Source of the DNA: Campylobacterales bacterium
GTDB lineage: Bacteria > Campylobacterota > Campylobacteria > Campylobacterales > Sulfurovaceae
Length of the DNA stretch: 64,000 nt
Assembly (NCBI GenBank): GCA_014763885.1
Contig: JACXUO010000001.1
Location: 62-64,061, forward strand
Direction: 5' to 3'
This document shows, one piece after another, positions 9,970 through 21,305 of the stretch; position 1 is the stretch's first letter; each line of letters starts with the position of its first letter. Made by a program: the position numbers and the translations under genes. The notes below the pieces were generated by a model. That model had not been told where the DNA came from, ran no database searches, and saw nothing but the letters and a program-made list of their open reading frames with translations.

Positions 9970-11160
9970 ATGACAGAATATATTCAGACCTTGAAACACC
10001 CCGTAGTAAAACGCCTCTCCGGGATACAGTTTCTTTCCTATTTCGGCACATGGTTTTCCCAAGTTGCCATCTTTGCCATGCTTGTCGGATACGGAGCCAA
10101 CGAGCTCACTATTGCCATGACTGCGGCAATGAGCATGCTCCCCTCTGTCGTACTTGCGCCCCTCATCGGTATCGTCGTAGACAGAGTGGATTTTAAAAAA
10201 CTGATGATGAGCCTGCTTCTCGTTGAGATCACAATGACACTCGGTTTCATACTGATAGATTCGCTGAGCTATATATGGGTACTTATGCTCTTGATCTTTA
10301 TACGCTCTTCGGCTGCCTCGATGCTTTTCTCTGCAGAGATGTCACTCTTTCCCAAGATACTTCAAGGCAAAATGCTTCAACGTACCAACGAGATACACTC
10401 CGTCATCTGGTCCCTATGCTATGCCTCGGGTATGGCCGTTGGGGGTATAGCAACACACTATATGGGATATGATGCAGCCTTTCTATTCGATGCGCTGCTC
10501 TATGTACTGGCGCTTCTGCTTCTGTTTGGACTGAAGGTGGATCTAGAGAAAGAAGAACATACCGACTCGAACTGGAAAATGTTCAAAGATGGTTTTCTCT
10601 ATCTCAAAAGGAGCCCAAAGATCGTACACCTGATACTCATACATGCCAGTATAGGGCTCACAAGCTTTGACGCACTCGTCACCCTGCTTGCCGACTTCAA
10701 ATACAAAGAGATCATCGCTGCGGCACTGGCGATAGGATGGCTGAATGCCACACGTGCGATCGCACTGCTCTTTGGCTCTATACTCTTTTCCAAAATCGTG
10801 AATCAGAATAATCTGCACTACTTTTTCATCGCACAGGCAGCTGCGATCATTACCTGGAGTCAACTGCAAGCCGACTTCTATATCTCACTGATCGCCATTT
10901 TCTGTGTAGGGCTCTTCACGACAACGCTCTGGGCCTATACCTATCTGATGATACAGGAGAATACAGAAAGAACCTATATGGGACGCATCATCTCCTATAA
11001 TGATATGTTTTTTATGATCTCAAATGTCCTTACGGCAATGTTCATCGGATACGCTGCAAAATGGGGAATGAGCCTGGAAAAAATCACAGTCACCCTGGGG
11101 ATCGGCTTTCTCTTTGCTGCCGTCTACTACCTCTGGTTCAAAAGGGTGCATTTGGTTTAA
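9970..11160 (+). CDS. MFS transporter (H+ antiporter/macrolide-efflux-like)
   Basis: About 12 hydrophobic segments; GIVVDRVDFKK motif-A-like loop; directly follows the upstream stop. Confidence 0.85.
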   Translation: MTEYIQTLKHPVVKRLSGIQFLSYFGTWFSQVAIFAMLVGYGANELTIAMTAAMSMLPSVVLAPLIGIVVDRVDFKKLMMSLLLVEITMTLGFILIDSLSYIWVLMLLIFIRSSAASMLFSAEMSLFPKILQGKMLQRTNEIHSVIWSLCYASGMAVGGIATHYMGYDAAFLFDALLYVLALLLLFGLKVDLEKEEHTDSNWKMFKDGFLYLKRSPKIVHLILIHASIGLTSFDALVTLLADFKYKEIIAAALAIGWLNATRAIALLFGSILFSKIVNQNNLHYFFIAQAAAIITWSQLQADFYISLIAIFCVGLFTTTLWAYTYLMIQENTERTYMGRIISYNDMFFMISNVLTAMFIGYAAKWGMSLEKITVTLGIGFLFAAVYYLWFKRVHLV

Positions 11161-11217
11161 CTTCTTACAAATAAACCTTATGTTATCATCACGAAAATTT
11201 TTTATGGAGATATTCAA

Positions 11218-11736
11218 ATGGATATAAGTAAAATCGGACCGGGAAAATGCCCAGATGAAGTAAAAGTGATCATCGAAGTACCACTGAACTCTAACATCAA
11301 ATATGAAATCGACAAAGAGTCAGGTGCAGTAGAGGTAGACAGAGTACTTTTTTCTGCTGTCCACTACCCTGCAAACTACGGTTTTGTAGCAAACACTCTC
11401 TCTGATGACGGTGACCCGGCAGATGTACTTGTACTTTGCGATTATCAGCTTCAGGCAGGATCATATATCAAATGTAGACTGATCGGTGTACTTTTGACAG
11501 AAGATGAAAAAGGCGGTGATGAAAAACTTCTTGCGGTACCGACAGATAAAATTGATCCGACGTATGCAAATATCCAGGACCTCTCGGATGTACCGGAGCA
11601 TACGCTCAACCGTATCAAAAACTTCTTTGAAACCTATAAAATGCTTGAGCCTAACAAGTGGGTGAAGGTATCCGGATTCAAAGACAAAGCAGCCGCTGCG
11701 GAGATCCTTGAAAAAGCGATCAAAAACTACAAATAA
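11218..11736 (+). CDS. ppa: Family I inorganic pyrophosphatase
   Basis: KYEIDK, YPANYGF, DGDPADV, DEKGGDEK. Confidence 0.97.
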   Translation: MDISKIGPGKCPDEVKVIIEVPLNSNIKYEIDKESGAVEVDRVLFSAVHYPANYGFVANTLSDDGDPADVLVLCDYQLQAGSYIKCRLIGVLLTEDEKGGDEKLLAVPTDKIDPTYANIQDLSDVPEHTLNRIKNFFETYKMLEPNKWVKVSGFKDKAAAAEILEKAIKNYK

Positions 11737-11760
11737 GCCGTCCAGTTCTTATTTAGCCTA

Positions 11761-11794
11761 TCCTGTTGATCTTTACATTTAAAGATCAACAGGA
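11761..11794. terminator. Perfect 15-bp inverted repeat after ppa, probable terminator
   Basis: TCCTGTTGATCTTTA-catt-TAAAGATCAACAGGA. Confidence 0.55.
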
Positions 11795-11975
11795 GCATCC
11801 TTTCGTTCATCCCTGACACTTATCCATCACAGATCCCATAGATATTTCATGTTTTTGCCAAATCGTGATGCAATATATCCGTAAACCTTACATGATTTAT
11901 AAAAATAATACTGTAAATTCATATTTAATTATCTTAGGATATACTTGATAATATTACTTTTGTAGGAGGAAGTAG

Positions 11976-12326
11976 ATGAAAGAAAAGGTTTTGGTGATCA
12001 AAGCGAAGTTTGAGATGGTAAAAATCGTCTTGGCCGGGAAACTCACGGCAGAAGATCTCTCTCATAAAAAATATCTTAAGGTGCTTATCGATGCGACGGA
12101 AAACACCTATCTGCAACTCAATGACAGCATCTGCGAGAGCCTTGTAATGTGCAAAGAGTGTGCCACAAAACGGGATATACTCAGTCAATACCTGAATCTA
12201 CTGGAGGATATTGAACTTGGCAAAACAATTGATGCACGCATGGAAGAGGAACTCGCAAAGTTTCCGGAAGCTATCAATGAGATAATCGACAGGATCAATA
12301 CCATTCTGATCGATATGGAGCGCTGA
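11976..12326 (+). CDS. Hypothetical helical protein with a CxxC motif
   Basis: 116-aa ORF filling the intergenic space; GGAGG RBS. Confidence 0.7.
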   Translation: MKEKVLVIKAKFEMVKIVLAGKLTAEDLSHKKYLKVLIDATENTYLQLNDSICESLVMCKECATKRDILSQYLNLLEDIELGKTIDARMEEELAKFPEAINEIIDRINTILIDMER

Positions 12327-12435
12327 ACTGCCAATCTTATTTACGATTTATATCTTTCCATAGCAGATACGAAGGCATTTTATCGTTTAGAAGAAGAGTA
12401 GGTATCTATCCGGAAGAAAAGCATCACCCTGCCCT

Positions 12436-13590
12436 TTAGAGGTCGATTTCTCTTCTTCTGTTTCTCAGATAGTTCTCAATCCCTTCGGCAATCCCTTTGG
12501 CTAACAGATTCTGATACTCTGCCGAAAAGAGGCGCTTTCGCTCTTTTGGATGAGAGATATACCCCACCTCGATCAGGACTGAGGGCCTGCTTGCACCGAC
12601 CAGTACATAAAACGGTGCATGACGTACCCCGCCATCCTTCACATCCCTGTAGAGACTTCTTGCATTGGCCATCATACGTTTATGGATATCAATCGCCAGC
12701 TTGTTCGACTCAACGATCTTCGGCCCGTTGAGTACGGAATCGATGATCACATTTTTACTGACACGGTCTGTCCCTTTCAAGACGGCTTCGTTTTCTCTGG
12801 CAGCGATACGCTGAGAACGTTCATCCCTGGTATTCTGTAGAAAAAATGTCTCAATCCCGTGCATCTTGTCACGCTTGCTTTGGGCTATGGCGTTGGCATG
12901 GATAGAGATAAAGACTTTTGCATCTTTTCTGTCGGCGATACGCGTACGCTCATGGAGCTTTAAAAAACGGTCACTGCTCCGCGTCAGATAAACCGGGAAT
13001 CCCCTTTTTTTCAACTGTTTAGTAACCTTTCTGGAGATCGCGAGCACAAGATCCTTTTCTCTTTTTCCACCTCCGATTGCCCCGCTGTCATGCCCCCCGT
13101 GACCTGCATCGATCACGATCACTTCCGTGTGGTGTTGTCTCGTTACCTTCTGTTCCCTTGGTTTTGCATATGCCTGCTTAGCAGGCGTGAAATCTTTTTG
13201 GAGATAGGCACTCTTCCTGGGCAGGGAGATATGATAGCTCGCTTTGGAAAAAAGCGGTTGGTAGGCTGTCGGCTTGAAAGGGGATTTGCTTTCTATCACG
13301 ACACGTACTGTATTGGCATTGTTCTGAGCGATACGGACATTGTTGCCCAGACCAAGCGGTACACGGCTGTGTGCAAGCTTCATCTCCTTAAAGTCATAGA
13401 TTTCGCGATGAGGGTTGGGGAGTGTAAAGTGCCTGATCTTTTTTGTATCCAGCGGATGTGCAAAAGAAAGCCTCAGTTCACCTTTTTTGACAAGTGCCTT
13501 TGTCATACTGTTCATTCCCCCGAAAAGAGAGGGGGAAAAGAAGAAGAGTGTTATGAAGAAAACGAGTACAGGATAACGCCCTCTAAACAT
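12436..13590 (-). CDS. amiA: N-acetylmuramoyl-L-alanine amidase (AMIN + Amidase_3)
   Basis: Signal peptide; IDAGHGGHD, EKD, SIHAN, LIEVGY. Confidence 0.93.
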   Translation of the reverse strand: MFRGRYPVLVFFITLFFFSPSLFGGMNSMTKALVKKGELRLSFAHPLDTKKIRHFTLPNPHREIYDFKEMKLAHSRVPLGLGNNVRIAQNNANTVRVVIESKSPFKPTAYQPLFSKASYHISLPRKSAYLQKDFTPAKQAYAKPREQKVTRQHHTEVIVIDAGHGGHDSGAIGGGKREKDLVLAISRKVTKQLKKRGFPVYLTRSSDRFLKLHERTRIADRKDAKVFISIHANAIAQSKRDKMHGIETFFLQNTRDERSQRIAARENEAVLKGTDRVSKNVIIDSVLNGPKIVESNKLAIDIHKRMMANARSLYRDVKDGGVRHAPFYVLVGASRPSVLIEVGYISHPKERKRLFSAEYQNLLAKGIAEGIENYLRNRRREIDL

Positions 13591-13596
13591 GATCTG

Positions 13597-14703
13597 TTAC
13601 TCTTCTCCGTTCATCAATTTGTCCATCAGCGCTTTGACTGTAATGATCTCATTGAGACGGTATCCGTTCGAACCGGTAAAGAAAAACCCCGTTTCCACAA
13701 TTCCGTCATAGGCATCAGTCAGTCTGTCGGCGATACAGTATCCCACAGCTTTGGCCTCTACCCCTCTGTGGCATGGCGCCACACAGTTTGAGATACATGC
13801 CACTTTCGGTGCGGTACCGGCCTCTATGGATGCCTGAAGCTGTGTCTTAACACCACGTGCAGGATAGCCTACCGGGGATTTGAAAAGCTTGATATCCTCT
13901 TCTTTTGCCTTAAGAAGGATCTCTTTCATCTCATCACTGGTATCACACTCCACTGTGCCTATGAAACGCGTCCCCATCTGTACCGCAACTGCTCCGAGCT
14001 CCAGCATCTTGACGATATCATCATGGTCCCAGATACCGCCAGCCGCGATCACGGGGATATCACCCCACTCTTTTGCCTCTTCCACAACAGGAGGAAGGAT
14101 CGCTTCAAGCTGGTTCTCGGGAAGGAAACACTCTTCGTACTTAAACCCCTGGTGTCCTCCGCTCAGAGGCCCCTCTACGATCACTGCATCGGGCAGTCTG
14201 TTATGTGTTTTCTGCCATCTGCGGCAGAGGATTCTCAGTGCCTTTGCAGTCGATACGATCGGTACCAGTGCCACATCGGGATACGCTTTTACCGCTTCGG
14301 GCATCGTCAAAGGCAACCCCGCACCGGTAATGATGATATTTGCACCGGCTTTGCACGCATCCTGTACCACACGGTCATAGTCTGTCTGTGCGTAAAGAAT
14401 GTTTGCGGCAAGCGGTTTATCCCCACAGATCTCTCTTGCATTGTCAAAGATCTTCCGGAGTGCCTTGAAAGAGTAAAAGTTGATCGCTTCCAGCGGACGG
14501 TGTTCTTTGCCGACCATCTCTTTTTCATTGAGATATTTTCTATTTTTATAGACACCCGTTCCCACAGCGGAGATCACACCAAGACCCCCCTCCTTGGATA
14601 CATTGCCGGCAAGCTGGTCCCAGGAGATGCCAACCCCCATTCCTCCCTGTATAATAGGCTTTTCGATCGTGTATTTACCGATCTTAAAAGATTTGAATGT
14701 CAC
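13597..14703 (-). CDS. fabX: FabX-type FMN/[4Fe-4S] acyl-ACP dehydrogenase/isomerase (nitronate monooxygenase superfamily)
   Basis: QGGMGVGISWD, EGPLSGGHQG, CISNCVAPC...YCI; sits between tyrS and amiA as H. pylori fabX does. Confidence 0.8.
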   Translation of the reverse strand: MTFKSFKIGKYTIEKPIIQGGMGVGISWDQLAGNVSKEGGLGVISAVGTGVYKNRKYLNEKEMVGKEHRPLEAINFYSFKALRKIFDNAREICGDKPLAANILYAQTDYDRVVQDACKAGANIIITGAGLPLTMPEAVKAYPDVALVPIVSTAKALRILCRRWQKTHNRLPDAVIVEGPLSGGHQGFKYEECFLPENQLEAILPPVVEEAKEWGDIPVIAAGGIWDHDDIVKMLELGAVAVQMGTRFIGTVECDTSDEMKEILLKAKEEDIKLFKSPVGYPARGVKTQLQASIEAGTAPKVACISNCVAPCHRGVEAKAVGYCIADRLTDAYDGIVETGFFFTGSNGYRLNEIITVKALMDKLMNGEE

Positions 14704-15903
14704 TTATTTTACCTTCACTTTCGCAAACCTTCTTTTCCCTACCTGCAGGATATACTCTCCGCAGCCCAGGTTAAGTTTATCGTCACTGATCTTCTCTTGG
14801 TTAATGCTCACGGCATTCTGTTTGATATCTCTTCTTGCCTGAGATGTCGAAGGCTCAAGGCCTGCATCCACAAGTGCCTGGCAGATCCAGATACCATCCT
14901 CCATATCAAATTCATCCATATCAGTGGGGATCTGATTTGCTTTAAATACAGAGTTGAACTCCGCTTTAGCTAGTTTAGCCAATTCTTCATTATGGAACCT
15001 AGCAGTTATCTCCACAGCAAGGTTTTCCTTCGCAGTTTTCGGATGAACGGTACCATTGTTGACATCTTCTTTCAACTGTGCGATCTCTTCCAGCGGCTTT
15101 TCACTAAGCAGTTCATAGTAGCGCCACATCAGATCATCAGAGATAGAGAGTGTTTTACCGTAAATATCTTTAGGGCTCTCTGTGATACCGATATAGTTGT
15201 TCAGAGACTTACTCATCTTCTGTACGCCATCTAGTCCTTCAAGAATAGGCATCATCAGTACCGCCTGCTCCTTGCCTACCTCATAGGCTCTTTGAAGATG
15301 TCTTCCCATCAGAAGATTGAACTTCTGGTCTGTTCCTCCGATCTCGATATCTGATTTGAGCTCCACAGAGTCATATCCCTGAAGGAGCGGGTAAAGAAAT
15401 TCGGAGATAGAGATACTCTGTCCTGATTTGAAACGTTTTTCAAAATCGTCACGTTCAAGCATTCTGGCCACATTAAAGAGTGTCGTAAGCCCCAGCAATC
15501 CGGCCGCTCCCAATTCGTTCAGCCACTTTGAGTTATAGACAACGGTCGTCTTGCTCTCCTCAAGTACATTAAAGACCTGTTCCTGATAGGTTTTTGCATT
15601 GGCCATGATGGTCGCACGGTCAAGTACCTTTCTTGTCTCGCTTTTTCCTGTCGGGTCACCTATCGTTGCGGTAAAATCACCGATCAGCAATTGTACTCTT
15701 CCGCCATGCGCCTGAAATGTCTTAAGCTTTTGAAGCAGCACCGTATGTCCAAGGTGCAGATCGGCCCCGGTGGGGTCAAAACCTGCTTTGACGGTATAGG
15801 TCTCTCCGGTCTCATAGTAACGTTTCACCAGTTTTTCTATGGCTTCCATATCTATGATCTCGGCAGTACCTCTGCGAATCTCTTCAAGTGCTTTAGTTAT
15901 CAT
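14704..15903 (-). CDS. tyrS: Tyrosine--tRNA ligase
   Basis: GFDPTGADLHLGH, GGTDQKFN, KMSKS, C-terminal S4 domain. Confidence 0.97.
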   Translation of the reverse strand: MITKALEEIRRGTAEIIDMEAIEKLVKRYYETGETYTVKAGFDPTGADLHLGHTVLLQKLKTFQAHGGRVQLLIGDFTATIGDPTGKSETRKVLDRATIMANAKTYQEQVFNVLEESKTTVVYNSKWLNELGAAGLLGLTTLFNVARMLERDDFEKRFKSGQSISISEFLYPLLQGYDSVELKSDIEIGGTDQKFNLLMGRHLQRAYEVGKEQAVLMMPILEGLDGVQKMSKSLNNYIGITESPKDIYGKTLSISDDLMWRYYELLSEKPLEEIAQLKEDVNNGTVHPKTAKENLAVEITARFHNEELAKLAKAEFNSVFKANQIPTDMDEFDMEDGIWICQALVDAGLEPSTSQARRDIKQNAVSINQEKISDDKLNLGCGEYILQVGKRRFAKVKVK

Positions 15904-15915
15904 CTGTCTCTATCC

Positions 15916-18069
15916 TTATTTGTTATATGCATCATCCAGGCTGATGATTTCAATCAGCTTGAATTTCTGTGAAATTTTCTCTGCCAGTATTGTTTTGTTG
16001 GACTGATCACTCTCTACTTCAATCTGACAATACTCTGCCGTATCGGAGCTCTGTATTCCAAGTTCGATACTGATCACATTCAGATTGAGATCTGAAAGTT
16101 TCTGAAGCAGTTCTGCAAGCACCCCTTTCTGGTTCTGCAAACTCAGTGTCAACCGATAACGAGAAAGTTTTGATGTTGACCAGTGTACATGCAGCATCGG
16201 ATGCCCCTCTTTCATCAGGGCATAGGCTTTTTTGCATAACTTATGGTGCACAACTGCTTTATTGTCCCGATAGAATGCAACAATCTGGTCACCTACTTTC
16301 GGATGGCAGCAGTAATCAAACTCCACACCCTCAATTGTTTTATTGGTAAAAAACTTAAGATGCTCTATCTCTTTGAGTAGAGGCTTTTTATACCCCTTTT
16401 TTCTCAATTCCCAGAAACGCAGCTCTTTCTCTCCCAAAAAGTCCGCAACCTGCCGGATCGTCTCCTTGTAGTAGTCAAGCTGCAGCGGCAGCTTGTGAAT
16501 CGTATCCTGCAATCCGATCTCTTTCACCAGACTTTTCATCTCCGAACTTGGCTGCCTGAATAGGTTGGCCAGGATATTATAGGCACTGAGCGTATTGGCC
16601 TCCTTGATCCTTGCACGACAGAGACTTCTAATCCCCTCCTGGGCCCTGGAGGTCCTTACCGTATCAAGCCAGGTGCAGTGCAGATGCGGCGTATCATCTT
16701 TGATGATATTCACGATATCACCGTTTTTCAGGACTGTCAGGAGCGGAGCCTCACGCTTGTTGATCATCGCAGAGACCGCATTCGCACCGACTTCAGAATG
16801 GATCAGATAAGCAAAATCCAGTGCGACCGAACCCTTAGGCAGCGTATAGTAGTCCCCTTTCGGTGAAAAGACGGTGATATCCTCTGAGAAGAGGTCACAT
16901 TTGGCAAGTTCATAGAACTCCTCGATCGACTCATTGGTATAGTTGAGCCCTTCCAGCCACTCAAGATTGATCCCTTCGCCTCCGGACTTGTATTTCCAGT
17001 GTGCAGCGACACCGTACTCTGCAAGCCGGTGCATCTCTTCGGTTCTGATCTGTGCCTCCACGATCCCCTCTTCATCAAACAGAGTCGTATGGATCGTCTG
17101 GTACCCGTTCTCCTTGGGTACGGCAATATAGTCTTTGAAACGGGAGATCAGCGGCGTGTATCCGAGGTGGAGCAGGCCGAGTACCTGATAACACTCTATC
17201 GGTTTCTTGACGATAATACGGATCGCAAGGAGGTCAAGTACTTCCTCTATGCTCACCCCTTTCCTGTGCATCTTCAGGTAGGTGGAGTAGTAGTGTTTGA
17301 CACGTCCGAAGATATCAAACTCCCCTTCTTCAAATCCATCCTTCAGCATCATCTCTGTGACTTTCTGGATAAACGCATTCAGTTTGAGCTGAAGGTTCTG
17401 CGCATTTGACTTGATATACTCATCGATATGCTTATAATCATCCGGATAGATATAGTAAAAACTCAGATCTTCAAGATGATTCTTCATGCGGGCGATACCC
17501 AGCCGGTGGGCGATAGGTGCATAGACCACCAGGGTCTCTTCCGCGATACGTTTCTGCTTGTGCGGCGGCAGGGCATCGAGTGTCAGCATATTGTGCAGTC
17601 TGTCACACAGCTTGATGACCAGAACACGGATATCCTTGATCGATGCGATAAGCATTTTTCGAAAACTGAGTGCCGAGTTGATCAGCCGTTCATCAGAGGC
17701 CGAAGAGACCAGTTTTTCGTCACGGATCTGTACAATCTTGGTCAGCCCTTCCACCAGATGGGCGACATCCTCTCCGAATAGACGCTCAAGCTCCTCTATC
17801 TCATAGTGCGTATCTTCAACCACATCATGCAGGAGTGCAGCCTGAACCATCGTTTCATCATTGGAGAAAGCAGCAGTAATCGCTGCTACAAGAATAGGAT
17901 GAACGATATAGGGTTCACCGCTTTTTCGGAACTGCCCTGCATGTGCTTTGGAAGAGAGTTCCAACGCTTTTTTGGTACCGGGGTGGGGTGAGGGTAGATA
18001 TTCCCACAGAAAAGATTCCGCCTCTTCAATCGTATTGATATGTTTGGCTTTTTCCAAAAAAGCGTTCAA
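15916..18069 (-). CDS. spoT: Bifunctional (p)ppGpp synthetase/hydrolase
   Basis: RKSGEPYIVHP, LLHDVVED, KLCDRLHNM, DYIAVPKENGYQTIHT, TGS and ACT domains. Confidence 0.96.
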   Translation of the reverse strand: MNAFLEKAKHINTIEEAESFLWEYLPSPHPGTKKALELSSKAHAGQFRKSGEPYIVHPILVAAITAAFSNDETMVQAALLHDVVEDTHYEIEELERLFGEDVAHLVEGLTKIVQIRDEKLVSSASDERLINSALSFRKMLIASIKDIRVLVIKLCDRLHNMLTLDALPPHKQKRIAEETLVVYAPIAHRLGIARMKNHLEDLSFYYIYPDDYKHIDEYIKSNAQNLQLKLNAFIQKVTEMMLKDGFEEGEFDIFGRVKHYYSTYLKMHRKGVSIEEVLDLLAIRIIVKKPIECYQVLGLLHLGYTPLISRFKDYIAVPKENGYQTIHTTLFDEEGIVEAQIRTEEMHRLAEYGVAAHWKYKSGGEGINLEWLEGLNYTNESIEEFYELAKCDLFSEDITVFSPKGDYYTLPKGSVALDFAYLIHSEVGANAVSAMINKREAPLLTVLKNGDIVNIIKDDTPHLHCTWLDTVRTSRAQEGIRSLCRARIKEANTLSAYNILANLFRQPSSEMKSLVKEIGLQDTIHKLPLQLDYYKETIRQVADFLGEKELRFWELRKKGYKKPLLKEIEHLKFFTNKTIEGVEFDYCCHPKVGDQIVAFYRDNKAVVHHKLCKKAYALMKEGHPMLHVHWSTSKLSRYRLTLSLQNQKGVLAELLQKLSDLNLNVISIELGIQSSDTAEYCQIEVESDQSNKTILAEKISQKFKLIEIISLDDAYNK

Positions 18070-18074
18070 GAGGC

Positions 18075-18281
18075 CTACTCCTCTAGATGAACTTCAATTT
18101 TGCCTTCAGCAATCTCCAAAAGTGCAATATCTGTTGCTTTCATTTTCTTCAAATCTGCATCTACTTTCGGTTTTGCCCCATTGGCGATCGCCTCAGCTCT
18201 TTTACCTACTGCATTCGCCAAAAGGTATTTGTCGTGGTTTACTTTTGCCAGTGCTTTTGCCGTTAATACTTCTGTTCTCAT
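18075..18281 (-). CDS. rpoZ: RNA polymerase omega subunit
   Basis: KYLLANAVGKRA...K.TDIAL.EIAEGKI; lies between pyrH and spoT. Confidence 0.93.
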   Translation of the reverse strand: MRTEVLTAKALAKVNHDKYLLANAVGKRAEAIANGAKPKVDADLKKMKATDIALLEIAEGKIEVHLEE

Positions 18282-18334
18282 TCTTATCCTTTCACTCTTG
18301 ATGACATTTCTGTCTGAGCAATTTGTTATGGTCC

Positions 18335-19096
<762 letters not shown>

Positions 19097-19137
19097 TTAA
19101 ACCGCAGTACAACCGCCTCTTCAAAATCCTCCACCCA

Positions 19138-20493
19138 TCAGAGTGTGATGAGCCTTAAAGGATCGATATGTTTTGAGTTTTTTGTCGCCTGAAAGATCAG
19201 TTTGCTGTTCACTTTGCCGACAACATACCCCTTTTTGATCTTGCGCCCTTTTTGGATATTCGGCGCGATCTTCGAAAGACCGGCATAGACAGTATGGAGC
19301 TTTCCGCTGTGTGCGACAACCACTACTTTTCCCAGCATACTCGTACTCCCGGAGTAGACGATTTTCCCATCCAGTACATTTTGGACTTTTGTATCCTGAT
19401 GCGGTGCCTGAAGCGTAATCGACTCATTGTAGATCTTGATATCATAGACAGGATCAACATAGGTTCCGAACTTTTTGACCACTTTTGCACCGTTGATAGG
19501 GGAAATCGTCTTACGTCCCCTGTAGGTGTAGGTCTCAGCTTTTTTATAGGAGGAGTGTACCTTTCTTACCGTTTCGCTCTGTTTCTCCGCCGCCAAACGA
19601 TTGTTTCTGGCTTCTTTCGCTGCAAGTTCTGCTGCTTTTTTCGCCTCTTTCGTCTGTGCTCTCGAAAGCGCAAGTTTCGCATCCCGCTCTTTTTCCTGGG
19701 CAAGTCTTATTTTTCTTTTACGCTCTTTTTCCAGACGTATCGCTTCTTTCCGTGCTTCTGCGGCACGTTTTGCCTCTTCTACCTCTTTCCTGTGCAAGAT
19801 GTTGAGCTCGGCCAGTGTATCCCTGAGCACATTTTGTCTATCGACAAGCATATTAAACTGCTTTTGGTACTTCTCCTCATCATCCATCAACCGCTTCACA
19901 TAAGATTCTTTCTCTTTTTTCTTTTGTGCAAAATCTTTCCGCTTCGCAATAATCTCACTAAGGGATTTCTGGGTTTTATCCCGTAAAAGAAGTCTCTCTT
20001 TTTGTGTTTTCTCCAGAGTGATGATTTCGTTTTTCAGAGATTCCAGCTCTTCATTATTGTATATTTCGTACGCCTGATACACTTCGTTCGAGATCACAGA
20101 ATCACGCGTCTCCATCTTTGACTGCTGCAGCGCGAAAATCACGGAGAACTGTTCGGTAGCCAGTGACAGAAAAGTCTCGCGCTTTTTTTTGATCTCGGCA
20201 GAAACCTGGTCAAGCTCCTTTTCCGCTTTGTCCAACTCGCTCTTCAACTGGGTATAGGCTTTTTCCGTTTTGTCCTCATCCGCTTTCAGCTGATCGATCT
20301 TCTGTTCGAGGAACGCAATGTCGTTTTCTGCCTTTTTAATATCTTCGGCAATCTTCTCCAGCTTTTTGCTTGTTTGTTTCTTCTGGCTTGAAGCGGCTTT
20401 CAACCCCTTTTCGGAATCCTTGATCTTCTCTACCGTCGTCGCACCATAAAGAAGGGAACAGGCCATCAGATATGAGAGGATAATCAGTCTCAC
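19138..20493 (-). CDS. envC: Murein hydrolase activator, EnvC family (coiled coil + degenerate M23 domain)
   Basis: Long coiled coil; LytM-like C-terminus without the HxxxD/HxH zinc ligands; follows ftsEX. Confidence 0.8.
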   Translation of the reverse strand: MRLIILSYLMACSLLYGATTVEKIKDSEKGLKAASSQKKQTSKKLEKIAEDIKKAENDIAFLEQKIDQLKADEDKTEKAYTQLKSELDKAEKELDQVSAEIKKKRETFLSLATEQFSVIFALQQSKMETRDSVISNEVYQAYEIYNNEELESLKNEIITLEKTQKERLLLRDKTQKSLSEIIAKRKDFAQKKKEKESYVKRLMDDEEKYQKQFNMLVDRQNVLRDTLAELNILHRKEVEEAKRAAEARKEAIRLEKERKRKIRLAQEKERDAKLALSRAQTKEAKKAAELAAKEARNNRLAAEKQSETVRKVHSSYKKAETYTYRGRKTISPINGAKVVKKFGTYVDPVYDIKIYNESITLQAPHQDTKVQNVLDGKIVYSGSTSMLGKVVVVAHSGKLHTVYAGLSKIAPNIQKGRKIKKGYVVGKVNSKLIFQATKNSKHIDPLRLITL

Positions 20494-21305
20494 TCCTGTA
20501 CTCCCTTGGTACTATAGACGACAGAATAGACTGAAATGATCACGATCAACAGTGCCGCAGCCAGTAAAACAGCTATATCAGTGATCCTGAAGAGAAAATC
20601 TTTGTTCTGTACCATGATCTCTATGCCGCTGTTGGCAGCCCATTGAAACTTGAGATAGAGGAAGATACTGCTGACGATCAGTGTCGCGGCGATCGCATCT
20701 ACGATTGCAACCTTGAAAAGTACGCCGCTGCGCAGCATCAGAGGTGCACCGAAGATCTCCATGATCTGCATACGCTCTTTATGTGCATATTTCCAGATCT
20801 CCATCTGCTTCATGATCAGGAAAAGACTCACGACTGTCATAAATCCGATAAAAATCTTCAGCGTAAATTTGATAAAACTGAAGAGCCTGTAGTTTGACTC
20901 ATAATTGCTTCCGAATGTCTCTACCTTTTTGATAAGCGGACTTGCCTCCAGATCCTCTTTAAGTCCGATCAGCTCTTCTGTGCTGATATACTCATCCAGG
21001 TGTACATTGTAAAAATAGGGCAACGACTTCAGGATCTTTGCCTCCCCCTCTTTTGTCACGCCTTTGGCAATCTTCGAGACAATCCTCTCACGTTCAATGC
21101 TTTCACTTTTGCTGATATGCCGGTTGAGTACACGAAACGCATCGATCTGCATCGGTTCTTTTGTCACCACAAGCATCGAATACCCCTCCTGAAGCCCTTT
21201 TTCATAGGTGTCCGTGGTACGATCAAAGACCAGATAGAACTCGATACCCAATAAGATCGCCATCAAAGGCAGTATAAACATCAGATGATTTTTAATGTAC
21301 TTCAT
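20490..21305 (-). CDS. ftsX: Cell division permease FtsX
   Basis: TM-periplasmic loop-3TM layout; IMEIFGAP motif; downstream of ftsE. Confidence 0.85.
   Translation of the reverse strand: MKYIKNHLMFILPLMAILLGIEFYLVFDRTTDTYEKGLQEGYSMLVVTKEPMQIDAFRVLNRHISKSESIERERIVSKIAKGVTKEGEAKILKSLPYFYNVHLDEYISTEELIGLKEDLEASPLIKKVETFGSNYESNYRLFSFIKFTLKIFIGFMTVVSLFLIMKQMEIWKYAHKERMQIMEIFGAPLMLRSGVLFKVAIVDAIAATLIVSSIFLYLKFQWAANSGIEIMVQNKDFLFRITDIAVLLAAALLIVIISVYSVVYSTKGVQE

Noticed and set aside
12365-12408. GTAGGTATCTA, an 11-nt match to the ileS-leader TIR, between convergent genes
   Set aside because: Too short and unpaired to call a remnant without genome-wide copy data.
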